Notes: generated by a model not told the origin, from the letters alone. Shown: positions 50,201 to 60,119, numbered from the stretch's first letter. The stretch is 64,000 bases of DNA from an uncultured Eubacterium sp. (GCA_964462405.1 CAYWXJ010000001.1:14263-78262), one strand, 5' to 3'. Numbers and translations are program-made.

Positions 50201-51525
50201 TCTCTTGCAACTGCCCGATGCTCTGCTCCTCCGAACTTCTCTAATAGTGTCTGTTCCTTTGTACCAGCTACCTCTTCTTCAAAAAGTCCCATCTCGAATT
50301 TCACCCAAAGGATTCTTGATACCGCATCATCAATTCTCTCCTGTGAAATTGTTTCATCCGTCACACCTGCTACAATTGCATCAATACAATTTTCCCAGTC
50401 ATACGGCTCCATAAACATATCCACTCCGGCATCAATACTGGCTGCTACCTTTGCGTTGTAATTATCTGCTGTAATCTGATCTACACCATTGTAATCGCTG
50501 ACTACAAAGCCTTTGAATCCAAGTCCGCCGTCTTCTGTATCACCTTTCAGCACCTCTGTCAGAAGATGCTTATTCGCATGGCATTTCAAACCATCCACAC
50601 TGTTGTAAGATGCCATTACTGTATAGGCACCTGCTTCAACCGCTGCCTGATAGGGCGCTAAAAGCTGCTTCTGTTCCATCAACTCATCAAAGCTGTCAAC
50701 AGCGTAATCAGATGTAACTACATTCCCCTGATTGACACCATTCTGTGTCTGTCCTTCACCAATATAATGCTTTGCAGTTCCTGCTACTCCATTTTTCTGG
50801 AACCCTCTTATATAAGCAGCTCCCATATTGGATACGATTGCCGGATCCTCACCGAAGCATTCATAAAATCTTCCCCACCGCTCTGAATCCGGAATACCAA
50901 GCGTCGGAGCAAAGGTCCACTGGATTCCGGTTGCACGGATCTCTTCTGCTGCTGCAGCTCCGACCTTTTCTACAAGTTCTGTATCATTCGCCGCACCAAG
51001 TCCGATGTTATGCGGGAAAATTACCGCATTGTCTACATTGTTGTGCCCATGTACCGCATCCACACCATAGATCAGCGGTATTCCAAGACGGCTCTCAAGA
51101 GCTGCTGCCTTAAACTCGTTCACACGGTTCTCCCAATCCTCTGCACCGTTTCCGGATGCCGGCGCAGAGCCGCCGCCGCTTAAAACAGAGCCGATTCCAA
51201 GATTTTTTACATCCTCAGGAGTTGCCGGTCTGTTACCTTTACTTCCATTGCCTCCGTTTCCCTGCTCCGGCTGTACCATCTGTGCCGCTTTTTCCTCTAA
51301 CGTCATAACACTAAGCAATGCCTGCACACGCTCTTCTGTTGTTTTTGAGGTGTCCATCCAGATTGCTCTTTGGGTTTCCACGTCTGCACCTGATATATCA
51401 ACTTCTTCCATTACCGGAATTTCCGCTGCAAATGCCAGATGCGGTACACTCGTCATGCTCATGGCTGCCGCTGTAATGACTGCAAGCATACGGGTACCAT
51501 AAAATTTCCTTTTTTTCATGTACAT
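44275..51525 (-). CDS. Secreted multimodular glycoside hydrolase: GH3 + CBM6-like + GH30 + CBM6-like/Ig-like + FN3
   Basis: Signal peptide; GH3 motifs YGVDAVHGH, WGRFYE, AKHYIG, GFVVSDY; GH30 motifs RITIGTSDF, SSWTPPGWMK, TLQNEP, AFDHN, AFHDYGG, LTE, GQFSRFIRPG; Lys-rich FN3 tail (ORF track start 51546). Confidence 0.88.
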   Translation of the reverse strand: MYMKKRKFYGTRMLAVITAAAMSMTSVPHLAFAAEIPVMEEVDISGADVETQRAIWMDTSKTTEERVQALLSVMTLEEKAAQMVQPEQGNGGNGSKGNRPATPEDVKNLGIGSVLSGGGSAPASGNGAEDWENRVNEFKAAALESRLGIPLIYGVDAVHGHNNVDNAVIFPHNIGLGAANDTELVEKVGAAAAEEIRATGIQWTFAPTLGIPDSERWGRFYECFGEDPAIVSNMGAAYIRGFQKNGVAGTAKHYIGEGQTQNGVNQGNVVTSDYAVDSFDELMEQKQLLAPYQAAVEAGAYTVMASYNSVDGLKCHANKHLLTEVLKGDTEDGGLGFKGFVVSDYNGVDQITADNYNAKVAASIDAGVDMFMEPYDWENCIDAIVAGVTDETISQERIDDAVSRILWVKFEMGLFEEEVAGTKEQTLLEKFGGAEHRAVAREAAAKTLTVLKNDEVTVEGTTKPVLDLLDDDSIDNILVAGYKGNDVGAQCGGWTITWQGGLDADNGSGGKKVTEGTTIYEGFQEVAGDNVKVSYNARGKISAGTDVAVVVVGEDPYAESNGDKKAEELTLSSTDLNVIKTAAASKGEVPTVLVLMTGRPVAIADYIDNFDAVVEAWLPGTEGAAVADVMLDESRDFTATCPVTWTWYPEYLTEKSDASKVLFPRGTGLKKDGTSIKADGQTEIPTERPEAPNKEEEQDIIKYKDGIDIDAYGNKLEGEYCNPSSGTASSYNVATGSEMVDGERVGYVEWSKQDWGNAKWPVYFRQAGTYTVTLRMKVTEPASGDFTSFKFGISETGDPNPDKTITGTGATDGYQDFVIENVEIAEAGKQIIKIMDSSNQVSAKLDYIQFTLREANGEKDEGKEEAAEDPADETAKESNGSLISQDAVKVWMTSTEKSQSMDWYKYPTDMANQLSEKAALDITSVDDQELTEIYVNPEKTYQEFLGMGTSLEEATINNLIQLTPEVQDEFLRKLVDPEQGGMTLFRITIGTSDFTAKNFYTYYDAKELTEKNAIRNADGTFSPDWQNSTGNGFSIQKDIDYKIIDTVKKVIELAKEYGVEDEVKFFASSWTPPGWMKEETSSSKSYADNDLLLKGGSLNDAYIDDLAMYYTRYLEEYAKQGIDIYAMTLQNEPMLEINYPSCAMSGEQEGKLAVAIKKAINSSSVLTDEQKKCKLWAFDHNPSGAYSYTEAILSVEGANDALDGIAFHDYGGSLTEMQRVLDNLLNKDGRTDQTVNLTERSVWGTAGANSIITYLRNSGISYNSWVTMLDSNVGVHQWVGTPDPTMFARAAGSDNDYWAMPEFYLTGQFSRFIRPGYVRVDSNLGSTDTVTNVVFKDPETGKLAAVVVNATDKKQNFKIVTNGTQFIGAIPAKNVATYVWNEPENIQNDIETGFSAVNYAEASEGVKTAKDADGAEYVTTSLDEDYIDYIVNVKEAGTYGIIFEQQPTEAGQKISVYQGDTLLREIAATKTKDTAKVNVRGVVKVENAGVQQIRVKASAGVKLYNISMTKTPQVHALPGKIPADEYESIMADNDEEIAGATVNELHQLENLDSQSTVNYKVNVPAEDTYVLRVSFAAEDSDTKGYIVKVDGTEVKSVTGQSTELELTEGEHTIGINVAGSENIAWIAIGSYLNVTTPEITEENEDKKEIVIDVEGGTIADEESFYEVTGLPEGVTAAVEKVSDAQVKITLNGNRTKDFDEDKTVDVKLQVKQENSDSVYATAASFVITAEDDAEEVTVPEQDLSVPENVGDTKEITLKMKGGTFNEDGIASITVGGDAASFYEVESVTFVDSTTVKVVLTYTKKFYRPVQLAFNIPAAAYDDGSVALTVNADMEPVDGLPEAIELSDAAITLTEDKAYANSGSLANNVAKDNYVDYFLDVKEAGTYAVTYSLHTLTSDGTSYQNALDINRGVPDTIGTNSYKQLSIPALWTKDNIKMRGTVDFEAGKQTLEFKAKSAGWVISSIEIAPVTATEIATDEAGTTIAAIDFYDAENSHAIMGENIEYNVAGTAFSYMVNITKSGTYQLNVSYGIESSGSVKITADRIMEKGTVSLGTVAIPATGGWSTYKSSEDMNIDLPEGIYTFRISLAGDGANLKNFTLKLVEEKNVAVIPVESVTLASEGSTVEVGTRVVLTAKVGPEEADDKTVTWSTSNPDVATVEDGVILAKSVGTAVITATSNSNQAIKAEYTLVVTEKKQEGGENNNTDNGGDNNNGGTNNENTNQDGNGSPAADTKAPDKVTNFQSVGTSTTGLKLTWNAVDGATGYNLTVYSGSKKVKTAATAKTTYSFKKLKKLTKYTVGIQAIKVVNGQTLTSDEVKITTATSPAKASIKKVEKKSARKIKITWKKVSGADGYQIYMKAGKGKYKCVKTIKKGKTTSYTYTKAKKGTKYTFKIRAYKKAGNNKAYGAFSKTKSKKM

Positions 51526-51575
51526 AACCTCCCTATTATTTCTCATTTCAATTATCTATCATTTTTTCCATGACT

Positions 51576-51610
51576 AAAAGATAACAAAACTACAAAATAG
51601 TGTTTAATTT
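51576..51610 (-). promoter_or_regulatory. Conserved 35-bp upstream box, copy A
   Basis: AAATTAAACACTATTTTGTAGTTTTGTTATCTTTT, 19 nt before GATAAT. Confidence 0.65.
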
Positions 51611-54600
51611 TAATTTACTATTACAGTAATTGCCACTTTCTTTTTCTGACACTTCACAGTAATTTTTGCAGTTCCCTTTTTCTTTGCTGTAATCTTGCCT
51701 TTTGAAGAAACAGTTGCAATTTTCTTATCACTGGTTGTAAATGTTACTTTATCTAATGCTGTAATATACTTCTTTGTTGTCTTTAGCGTAAAGCTCTTGC
51801 CCTTCTTCAATGTCAGTTTTTTATTTTTTACATTATCAACCGTTAATTTACTTACTTTTACCGTTTCCTTCTGTACTTTCAGTGTAAAGGCAGCCGTTGC
51901 ACCGTAGGCGGTAATAACCGTAATCTTTGTCTTTCCGGTCTTCTTTGGTATGATTGTTAACCTACCGTTTGATGATTTCTTAACAGCAGCAACACTTGTC
52001 TTAGAAGACTGATAGCTCTTAATGGAATCCCCTTTCTGTAATCCAATTGGCTGTACTGCTGTCGTCTTATTGATTTTTTTACCATTCTTAAGCTGTAACG
52101 GAACTGTCTTATAATTTACATTCCATTTAACAACAGGCATGCTGATCTGTTCTTGCCGGCTTGTTTGCTCCTGCTGGTTTTCTGTTTGCTTCTTCAATTC
52201 TTCCGTTTGCTCCTTCTGATCTTCTGTTTCCTTCTTCGGTTCTTCTGTTTCCTCACCTGTCTCTTCTTTAGATGGCGGTTCTACAATTTCATCCTCAACA
52301 TCTTCGTATCCCTCCGGCAGACCAAGCGCCGCATACACTTCCCCAAGCGCATTGAGTTCTCCTGTTTCATAATCGAAGATACCGGAAGCTCCTCCGTAGG
52401 AATCGTTCGGATCAAATGGAAACCATGCATAACGCTCAACATATGGTCTTTCATCTAAGCCTTCTGTTACCTCTGTGACAAACTCAATTACTTTCTGTCT
52501 GTTTTCTTCACTGCCGCTCCACTGTTTATAACTCCAATCGGCAACTCCAAATTCTGTAATCCAGATTGGTTTTTTGGTTATTTCATAAGTATCGTCTATC
52601 ACCTTAAGAAAACTCTCTGCATCGCAGCTTCCATAGTAACAGTGAACTGCAACAAAATCATAATCCCAATCTTCCTTTGTATCCATCAAATCCATAAATT
52701 CATACCACCAGTTGTCCGGCCCATCGATTTCATTCCTCGTAACAGTTCCGTTACAAAACGGCGGTGCAAGTGCTGTGGCGGGCGAACCGATACGAAGTCC
52801 GGAATCCATAAAGGACTGCCATGCTTCTTCTACTGTTGACGGACGTTTATTATTCGTGCCCTTTGCGGCATTATATCTGTTTATCCATGCTTCTGCGGAT
52901 GCAATCGTAACCGGAACATTAGACTGATCCGACCAGTCAGGCTCATTGAAGGATAATACGGTTCCATATTTTTTATTTGAAGGATCTTTGAGCCATTCAT
53001 CCCCGTAATTTCCCCAAATCATCGGGACAAATTCCAGTCTTTCATCCGTACCAATTGCCGGCTCAGTCGCCCAATGGTAATACCAGCCAATGTTCATATT
53101 CTCTGTTCTATGCAAGGTCGCCCAGCCGATGCCCTTCTTTGTAAGATAAAATTTTACTTCGCCTGTATCCGCACCATTGTCTGTCTTAATCTGAATCTTA
53201 TGTCCGCTGATTTCTGTGCTGTACCAGGAATTGAATATTTTTACAGTACCCTTTTCTGTTACATATACCTTTGCCGTCTCACCTTTTGCATTGTTAATCA
53301 ATACATAGTCATTATTCTTCTGTGCTGCTCGTATCTGTTCTGCTGTAACAGTAATACTCAACTCCCCGTTAAAATAAATTTTGTATTCTGCTGCTCCTGC
53401 ATAGGGATAGAACTCTGTTGTAATGGAGCCTGCTCCATTTAATTTGTTCTTTACCGGAGCTGCCAATGCATTTTTTGCCCATAAAGCTGCCGTACTTACC
53501 TCTATATTTTTGCCCATAACAGCACTTTTTACATCGATTGTACGGATAATATCCCATCTCTGTCCGTCAGTGCTCTGCTGTCCTTCATCCTCATTGCTTG
53601 TTTTGGTTTCCTGAGACAATGGCAGTCCTTCTGTCTTTGAAGCGCCATTCACGCTAATGACCATACCGGATGCTTTATTCTCAAACTTTACATATCCCTG
53701 ATGAACTGTGTCATCAATTTTCCATAACTGGCTGTCACTGCCGTTGTATTCACGAACGATCAACTGTGCACCGCTTTCTGCGGATGCATTCTCTACTTCA
53801 GCAACGAAATCCGAGGACATCGAACGGATAATCTTATATCCGCTCTCATCAGAATCTTCTATTAAAAAAAACTGGCCCGCACTTCCTGTATATGTACTCT
53901 GAATGAGACTGCTTCCCTCTGATACTCCGGACGCCTCCGCCACTTTTCCCGTAGACTTATTGGCAATCACCACATACTCTTTGTTAAAATCGAGATCTAT
54001 CTTTATGGTAAAGCGTTTTGTGATACAAATTGACGGGTCCTCGTTATCCTTTACCGTAACTACATAGTTACCATCTTCCCTGATGACCGCACCTTCTGTA
54101 TAATTGATCTTACTGCCGTCTTTTTCTAAAGTCAGGGTATATGGATTTTCCTTATAATTTACGCTGACAGCTACCGGTGTTTTATAGCTTGCATGATCAT
54201 CAACACCAATAATCCCCGGAACTTTCTTATATTCATCTGCCTTATCTGCATCCACTAAACTTACATCTGAGATATAAATAGTATGTTTCTCAAAGTTTTC
54301 CGTTGTATAGGGATATGCCGGATACCTATTTTCAGTAAACTGCCCCATATGAAATGTCAGGTCTGCTGCCCCGGTCGTTTCTGATGTAAAGGTCAATTCC
54401 TGTTCCTTATCTCCATCGTCCGGATCTAAGAGAAGATACTGTACACTGGTGTTTCCCATTCCTGTCAACTGTACTTCTATCGGACGTTTTACCGTACAAT
54501 TAGACGTAAATTTCAGCTTGTAAGTCTTACCGGATTCTACCTGGATATTTTTCTGCGACAGATTCGTAGACCATTCTACAGGACCCTGATCTCCCTCCGC

Positions 54601-54858
54601 CGTATACCAGTTCAGAAAAAAATTCATATTCACCGCAACACGATAATCGGAGGTTACCTCCGCTGTTCCGCTGCTGCTCTCATTAAAATATATCTGCCAT
54701 CCATCAAGTCCGTTTTCAAAGCTTCCATTCGATACAATATTCACATCATCCGGATCGTCTGATGCTAAAGCTTTTATTTCCGGAAACTGCACAGTTGTTG
54801 AGATCACCGCTATACATAATACAAAAGAAACAATCTTTTTTATCAGCTTCTTTTTCAT
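51610..54858 (-). CDS. Secreted GH128 beta-1,3-glucanase with CBM4/9-like, ricin-B lectin and Ig-like domains
   Basis: WYYHW, EFVPMIWG, FNEPD, VHCY, PIWITEFG, VERYAWF; NGSFE N-terminal CBM; QxW repeats; start MKKK with AAGGAG RBS. Confidence 0.85.
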   Translation of the reverse strand: MKKKLIKKIVSFVLCIAVISTTVQFPEIKALASDDPDDVNIVSNGSFENGLDGWQIYFNESSSGTAEVTSDYRVAVNMNFFLNWYTAEGDQGPVEWSTNLSQKNIQVESGKTYKLKFTSNCTVKRPIEVQLTGMGNTSVQYLLLDPDDGDKEQELTFTSETTGAADLTFHMGQFTENRYPAYPYTTENFEKHTIYISDVSLVDADKADEYKKVPGIIGVDDHASYKTPVAVSVNYKENPYTLTLEKDGSKINYTEGAVIREDGNYVVTVKDNEDPSICITKRFTIKIDLDFNKEYVVIANKSTGKVAEASGVSEGSSLIQSTYTGSAGQFFLIEDSDESGYKIIRSMSSDFVAEVENASAESGAQLIVREYNGSDSQLWKIDDTVHQGYVKFENKASGMVISVNGASKTEGLPLSQETKTSNEDEGQQSTDGQRWDIIRTIDVKSAVMGKNIEVSTAALWAKNALAAPVKNKLNGAGSITTEFYPYAGAAEYKIYFNGELSITVTAEQIRAAQKNNDYVLINNAKGETAKVYVTEKGTVKIFNSWYSTEISGHKIQIKTDNGADTGEVKFYLTKKGIGWATLHRTENMNIGWYYHWATEPAIGTDERLEFVPMIWGNYGDEWLKDPSNKKYGTVLSFNEPDWSDQSNVPVTIASAEAWINRYNAAKGTNNKRPSTVEEAWQSFMDSGLRIGSPATALAPPFCNGTVTRNEIDGPDNWWYEFMDLMDTKEDWDYDFVAVHCYYGSCDAESFLKVIDDTYEITKKPIWITEFGVADWSYKQWSGSEENRQKVIEFVTEVTEGLDERPYVERYAWFPFDPNDSYGGASGIFDYETGELNALGEVYAALGLPEGYEDVEDEIVEPPSKEETGEETEEPKKETEDQKEQTEELKKQTENQQEQTSRQEQISMPVVKWNVNYKTVPLQLKNGKKINKTTAVQPIGLQKGDSIKSYQSSKTSVAAVKKSSNGRLTIIPKKTGKTKITVITAYGATAAFTLKVQKETVKVSKLTVDNVKNKKLTLKKGKSFTLKTTKKYITALDKVTFTTSDKKIATVSSKGKITAKKKGTAKITVKCQKKKVAITVIVN

Positions 54859-54964
54859 TACAATCTCCTTTGGCTTTCCATGTGTAAAAACTGCGAATAT
54901 AATACAATGACCGAAGAATTTTTCTCCGGCCATTGCTTTACAGTCTCTATTTCTTTACTGTTAC

Positions 54965-57900
54965 CTATTTTTTCTTTGGAATTGTCACAGTCACGACTGC
55001 TTTCTTCTTACCGCAGGTTACCTGTACCTTTGCTTTTGCCGCTTTCTTTCCAGGCTTTACCTTGCAGGTGATGACACCGTATTTATCTACCTTGACATAT
55101 TTCTTTCCGGATGTCACTTTGTAGCTGACTGCATCGGTAGTATTCTTGGTATACTTCTTAAGCTGGATCTGTGCCGCAGCTCCTTTATCTTTCAAAGTAA
55201 CCTTTGTTTTCTTTAATTTCAGTACTTTATTGCTAGCTGCTTTTGATACTACCTTTACTGTGATAACTGCTTTCTTACTCGGATCCTGGACAGATACGGC
55301 TGTAATCACTGCTGTTCCTGTCTTCTTTCCTGCTGTTATCTGACCCTTACTGTTTACGGAAGCAACACTCTTATTGTTACTGGTAAAGGTTACTTTTGTA
55401 CTGATTCCTTCACTTCCGGTAACGGTTGCTTTTAATTTTAATTTTGCTTTTTTCTTTAAATAAACCGTCTTGATACCGTATGGACGGCTCTCTGCTGCAA
55501 CAGATACCTTAGAAACAGTCAACTGCTCTTCCTGCTGAATGTTTCCGGTTCCCGGATTGTTGGTACTTCCATCTCCCGGATTCGTTGTGCTTCCATCTCC
55601 CGGATTCGTTGTGCTTCCATCTCCCGGATTTGTTGTGCTTCCATCTCCCGGATTTGTTGTGCTTCCATCTCCCGGATTTGTTGTGCTTCCATCTCCCGGA
55701 TTCGTTCCATGATCCGACGATAAATCTGTATATGCTTTCTTAAGATTCTCCTTTGCCGTTTTCAAATCTGCTAAAGTTGCATCTTCTTTTAAGAATACGG
55801 TTCTTGCCTCTGTTAATGCACTCTGATAAGCACCCCATTTATCCTCATCATAATCTAGCTGCTGCAAGTTTGCTGCTTTTAATATTTCCTGCTGTAACAG
55901 CTCTCTCTGATAGGTTATGCCTGCTTTCTCTAAGTTTGCGGCTGCTGTGTTCAAATCAACCAATGCAGCAGAAACTTCCTCTGCAGTCACAGTCTCTTTT
56001 GCTGCCACAGTATTGGCATTCTGCAAAGCTTCCTGATACGTTGTCCAATCATCTTCCGGATAATCCGATTCATTTAACGCTTTCGATGTGATACTTGCAA
56101 TGGTATCATTTAATTCCTTTTTCTGTGATTCAAGAATTTCTTTATCAACAGTATCCTTGTCTACGCCTGCTTTTAATTCCAGTTGTTCCATGGCAGACTG
56201 TAACTGAACCACTGCTTCTAAAACCTCTTCTTCAACTGCCCAATCTTCCCCTTTTTCTACTTCAGCCTCTGCTGTTTCCAACGCAGCCGCAAAAACCGTC
56301 CAGCTTTCCTGCGTATAATTGCTTTCTTTGTAAAGCTTTGCGGTGCTTACAACATTTCCTAACTCTGCTAATGCTGCCGCATCAATATCGCCTTCTTCAT
56401 TCATCGGCTGTTTTACATCAGTTTTGGTTTCTATGCCGATAAACTTACCTGCTTCTGCTGTAATCGGCTTCTTTCCGTAAGTTGCAGTACCGTTATTATA
56501 GGAAAGTAAGAATTTTCTGGAATAACCTTCTGCTTTCACTCCATTCTCGTTAATTCCGCTCGATACGCCCGGTCCCACACCATTGATAATGTGGTTAAAG
56601 GTCTGTAATGCACTGTTGTCATTCGCAAATGTCTGAATACATGCATTTTCTACTCTGACATTTTCTCTGTTTGGTACTTCCATTGCACTTTCAAGTTCAA
56701 TGGAAACTGTAGAGGAATCGTATTCCGGTCCTGTATAGATAAATACGTTATACATACCAAATCCCACTGCATAATGAGTCTTTACTTTGTTTGCCACTTT
56801 ATATGCTGAATATCCTTTTACCGTATCTTTATGGGACATCCATGCATCCTGTGAGATCGGATCGTAGCATTTTTCATTCTGATAGAAATAGGTTGCTCCA
56901 TTATCTCCATTCCATAAAGTATCATATTTCTGGAAATGTTCATTAAATAACGCATAGCATGTAACATCATCACCATTTACAATTAATCCATGGTAAGATT
57001 CATTTCCATACCATTCTACACCTGCGCCGTGATCGGCTCTCCAGATCCAGAAGTGATCTCCGATGGTATCATCATTGTTAATTTCCAATGCATAATCTGA
57101 TTTTGTCAGTTTATCTGTCGTTCCGCCCACACGGAAGAATAAATCCTGCAGAACATTCGGACTATCAGCATGGTCGGTATGCTTTCCTTTTTCACCGACA
57201 ATCAATAAATATTCTGACCACTCACCTGCATCAAAAATCAATGCTTCAATACGAACGCCTCCTACATCTGCAACCTTCATTGCAGCTTCCTTATTTTCCG
57301 GAATAATGGAGGTCATACCTGTGCCTAATAAAATTGTATTTTCTTTATTTACTTCAATAGGCACTTCTGCATGATACTGACCAGGGGTAAAGTAAATGTT
57401 CTTTCCTGCTTCAAGCTGCCCGTTGATTTCAGCCGCGGAATCGGATGGATCTGCAATATAGAAATCACTGAGCGGAAGAATCTCTCCTTCACCCATTCCG
57501 CCGTTTGCTTTTCCTTCACCCCAGCTAACGCCTACGGTATCCTCTTCCACATCCGGTACGAATATCTTATACTCATTGTCTGATTCATCAAAGAACAGGA
57601 ATGGTTTTTCACTGATTCTCTCGGTATCATTAATACTTGTGAAAAACTGCTGTGTTCCTTCTGCACTTGCAATGCCCCAGTTTGTGTAACCTCTTCCGCT
57701 CTCTAACGGTGCCCAGGTATCTTGATAATTGGTTTCATAATTCTCTGCTGTCGGCAGGTTTGCTGCTGTAACACCCTGGAAGAAATTATTAATGGTGGTA
57801 CCATAAGCATTTCCGGTAATCTCAGAATTTCTGGTATAGAACTGCTGTCCTGATGCAGTTCCTGCTCCATTCCCCGAATCATCTACGCCGGTAAACAGAC

Positions 57901-60031
57901 AGTCAGCAACATATCCTCCGCTTGCCCAGCCCCAGTTATCATCATAGGCAGTAAATCGTTCCGAAGCAACTCGCCGCAGCGGTGCCGCCTGTGCAACTCC
58001 CCAGTTAAATGCGTCCGGACGCCAGTTTGTTGACCAATGCGTTGCCTTTCCTTTTTCATTGCCTGTATCTATAATTGATAAGTTCTCTGCAGAACGCCAG
58101 AAGTTACAGGTCGCATTCGGCTGTCCATTTGCTACTAATTCTGTCAGATATGCCGGAACTGCTAGGTTGTTTAATTTTACATCTGTAGGTAATTTTCCTA
58201 AACCGTTAAAGGATGTATAGAATCCGATATACATACAGGAGGTATTGGTGTAATCTCCCGGTTTAAAATATACCTGCCACTGTTCCGAATTGAACTGCGC
58301 ATCATTTTCAATGTCATTCTGTTTCTCACACAGCTTATACAGCAGCTCATCTACCGAATCCGGATCATCTGTAGGTGCGAAGAAAATGGTATGGTCGCCA
58401 AACATCGTTGTTTCTAAGGAAACGCTGTTTGATGCATCAGACTGCTCATCCGGATCATTGTTTGCCTGTGCAATGACACGATAATAGTTTGCATATTTAT
58501 TATCTCCCTGCGGTGCAACAGTGACAGTCGTGTCTGTTACCGTATCAATGGTTTCATAGGTTCCAAATAAACTCTCTGCACGCTGCAGCACATATTCTGT
58601 TGCATTTTCACATGCTTCCCATGTAATGACAAAGTCATCACCGTTTGGAACTAAAGTTATTTCAGAAGGTGTTGCTGGTTTTTCTCCTGCCCTTGTCTTT
58701 GCAGACACTTCATTTCCTTCTGCCAAAAGCTGCTCTTCGCCGCTTCCGTTTGCGATCACTAACCGGAATTCATAATTTGTACCCGGCTTTAAATTCTCTG
58801 CTTTGTAAGAATCCATTCCGGAAACGTCAGCAATGTCGTTCCATCCTATTCCATCTTTCTGCTGTAGTTTCAAATCCGAATAAATACACTGCGGATTTGT
58901 CCAGGATAAATCTAATGTTGTTTCTGTTCGGCTGCTGTTATCGATCTTTAAGTCGGTTACAGCCTGTGGCACTACTTTCGTATGTATGATAAATTTTTCG
59001 TTATCTGTCAGCTCATCCTTTGTTGTATCAGCATCAAGCTTTCTGCATGCTAATCTTTCTTCTTCTACCGTAATATACTGATCATAATAGCTGTCTTTAA
59101 AGGATACTGTTCCGTCACCGTTTGGAATGACACGAATTGATTCCCATCCTTCTCCGGCAATTTTAGCACTTGTCAGAACATAAGATGCATCTGGTGCATC
59201 CCGCCAAACGACAGTTTTTATTCCATTGCCATATGCCTCAGATACAAAAGATACGGTTTCGTAAACCACACCTGCCTCATTGTTGTCATTGCTTCCAAAA
59301 ACTATCTTTGAGAACTTAGCAGCCTCATCTTCTGCTTCTCCGTTTACAGTTAAAGCCGCATCTTCTCCTGCATATGTTTTAATATATTTTCCGGTTCCGA
59401 CATGCTCAATGGTAAATGATATATCTAAAATCGTCGGATCCTGTGCAAAGGTAAATATCGCTGCGTCATCTGCTTTGGAAGCCTCATCAAATCTCAACTC
59501 CCCATTGTCAATCGTTGCGTACCTTTTATCCGATACTGCCTGAATAGTTCCCTCATTCTCCGCAGTCTTTGTGATAATATACATTTCACAACTTGCATCA
59601 TATCGTTTGTCTGCATCTGCAAAACAATAATTATTGCCGCTTTCTTTTCTGAAAGGATATACCTCATTTCCTACATAACACTCAATCTTAACCTTTGTCT
59701 GGTTTGCTTCAAGCGTGTCCTCTTCTGCGTCCTGAGGCGTAATAATAAAACGAACTGACTTATCTTCAATCTGGTTGGTATCTGCATGATAGATTCCCTG
59801 TACCATAATGTGACTCGTCCAGCCGCTTGCTGTTGCATTTACTGCATTCCCCGTGGTTTTTTCTACGATTGCATATACACTGTCTGCTGAAAATTCCAAA
59901 GCATCTGTGGTATTTTCATCCCCTAAAGTTTCATTTACGGACACGTTCTCCGCCGATACTGGAACTGCCATGGAACATACCATGATAATTGCCAGCATGA
60001 AAGATACGATCCGTTTCCATTTCTCTTTCAT
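54965..60031 (-). CDS. Secreted GH55 exo-beta-1,3-glucanase with FN3, FIVAR-like and Ig-like domains
   Basis: NFWRSAENL, WGVAQAAPLRR, SGGYVAD, QQFYTRNS, DHFWIWRADHG, EHFQ, FYQNE. Confidence 0.87.
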   Translation of the reverse strand: MKEKWKRIVSFMLAIIMVCSMAVPVSAENVSVNETLGDENTTDALEFSADSVYAIVEKTTGNAVNATASGWTSHIMVQGIYHADTNQIEDKSVRFIITPQDAEEDTLEANQTKVKIECYVGNEVYPFRKESGNNYCFADADKRYDASCEMYIITKTAENEGTIQAVSDKRYATIDNGELRFDEASKADDAAIFTFAQDPTILDISFTIEHVGTGKYIKTYAGEDAALTVNGEAEDEAAKFSKIVFGSNDNNEAGVVYETVSFVSEAYGNGIKTVVWRDAPDASYVLTSAKIAGEGWESIRVIPNGDGTVSFKDSYYDQYITVEEERLACRKLDADTTKDELTDNEKFIIHTKVVPQAVTDLKIDNSSRTETTLDLSWTNPQCIYSDLKLQQKDGIGWNDIADVSGMDSYKAENLKPGTNYEFRLVIANGSGEEQLLAEGNEVSAKTRAGEKPATPSEITLVPNGDDFVITWEACENATEYVLQRAESLFGTYETIDTVTDTTVTVAPQGDNKYANYYRVIAQANNDPDEQSDASNSVSLETTMFGDHTIFFAPTDDPDSVDELLYKLCEKQNDIENDAQFNSEQWQVYFKPGDYTNTSCMYIGFYTSFNGLGKLPTDVKLNNLAVPAYLTELVANGQPNATCNFWRSAENLSIIDTGNEKGKATHWSTNWRPDAFNWGVAQAAPLRRVASERFTAYDDNWGWASGGYVADCLFTGVDDSGNGAGTASGQQFYTRNSEITGNAYGTTINNFFQGVTAANLPTAENYETNYQDTWAPLESGRGYTNWGIASAEGTQQFFTSINDTERISEKPFLFFDESDNEYKIFVPDVEEDTVGVSWGEGKANGGMGEGEILPLSDFYIADPSDSAAEINGQLEAGKNIYFTPGQYHAEVPIEVNKENTILLGTGMTSIIPENKEAAMKVADVGGVRIEALIFDAGEWSEYLLIVGEKGKHTDHADSPNVLQDLFFRVGGTTDKLTKSDYALEINNDDTIGDHFWIWRADHGAGVEWYGNESYHGLIVNGDDVTCYALFNEHFQKYDTLWNGDNGATYFYQNEKCYDPISQDAWMSHKDTVKGYSAYKVANKVKTHYAVGFGMYNVFIYTGPEYDSSTVSIELESAMEVPNRENVRVENACIQTFANDNSALQTFNHIINGVGPGVSSGINENGVKAEGYSRKFLLSYNNGTATYGKKPITAEAGKFIGIETKTDVKQPMNEEGDIDAAALAELGNVVSTAKLYKESNYTQESWTVFAAALETAEAEVEKGEDWAVEEEVLEAVVQLQSAMEQLELKAGVDKDTVDKEILESQKKELNDTIASITSKALNESDYPEDDWTTYQEALQNANTVAAKETVTAEEVSAALVDLNTAAANLEKAGITYQRELLQQEILKAANLQQLDYDEDKWGAYQSALTEARTVFLKEDATLADLKTAKENLKKAYTDLSSDHGTNPGDGSTTNPGDGSTTNPGDGSTTNPGDGSTTNPGDGSTTNPGDGSTNNPGTGNIQQEEQLTVSKVSVAAESRPYGIKTVYLKKKAKLKLKATVTGSEGISTKVTFTSNNKSVASVNSKGQITAGKKTGTAVITAVSVQDPSKKAVITVKVVSKAASNKVLKLKKTKVTLKDKGAAAQIQLKKYTKNTTDAVSYKVTSGKKYVKVDKYGVITCKVKPGKKAAKAKVQVTCGKKKAVVTVTIPKKK
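55551..55706. repeat. 24-bp coding tandem repeat, ~6.5 units (PGDGSTTN linker)
   Basis: CCCGGATTYGTTGTGCTTCCATCT repeated head to tail. Confidence 0.96.
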
Positions 60032-60084
60032 AGATCCTTCTCCTTTCTTTTTCTACTTCCATTATCCTTGATTTAGGGTAAAAA

Positions 60085-60119
60085 AAAAGATAACAAAACT
60101 CTAAATTAGTTGATAATTT
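60085..60119 (-). promoter_or_regulatory. Conserved 35-bp upstream box, copy B
   Basis: AAATTATCAACTAATTTAGAGTTTTGTTATCTTTT, 18 nt before GATAAT. Confidence 0.65.

Noticed and set aside
55551-55706. Possible CRISPR array
   Set aside because: Units are head to tail with no unique spacers and lie in frame within a CDS
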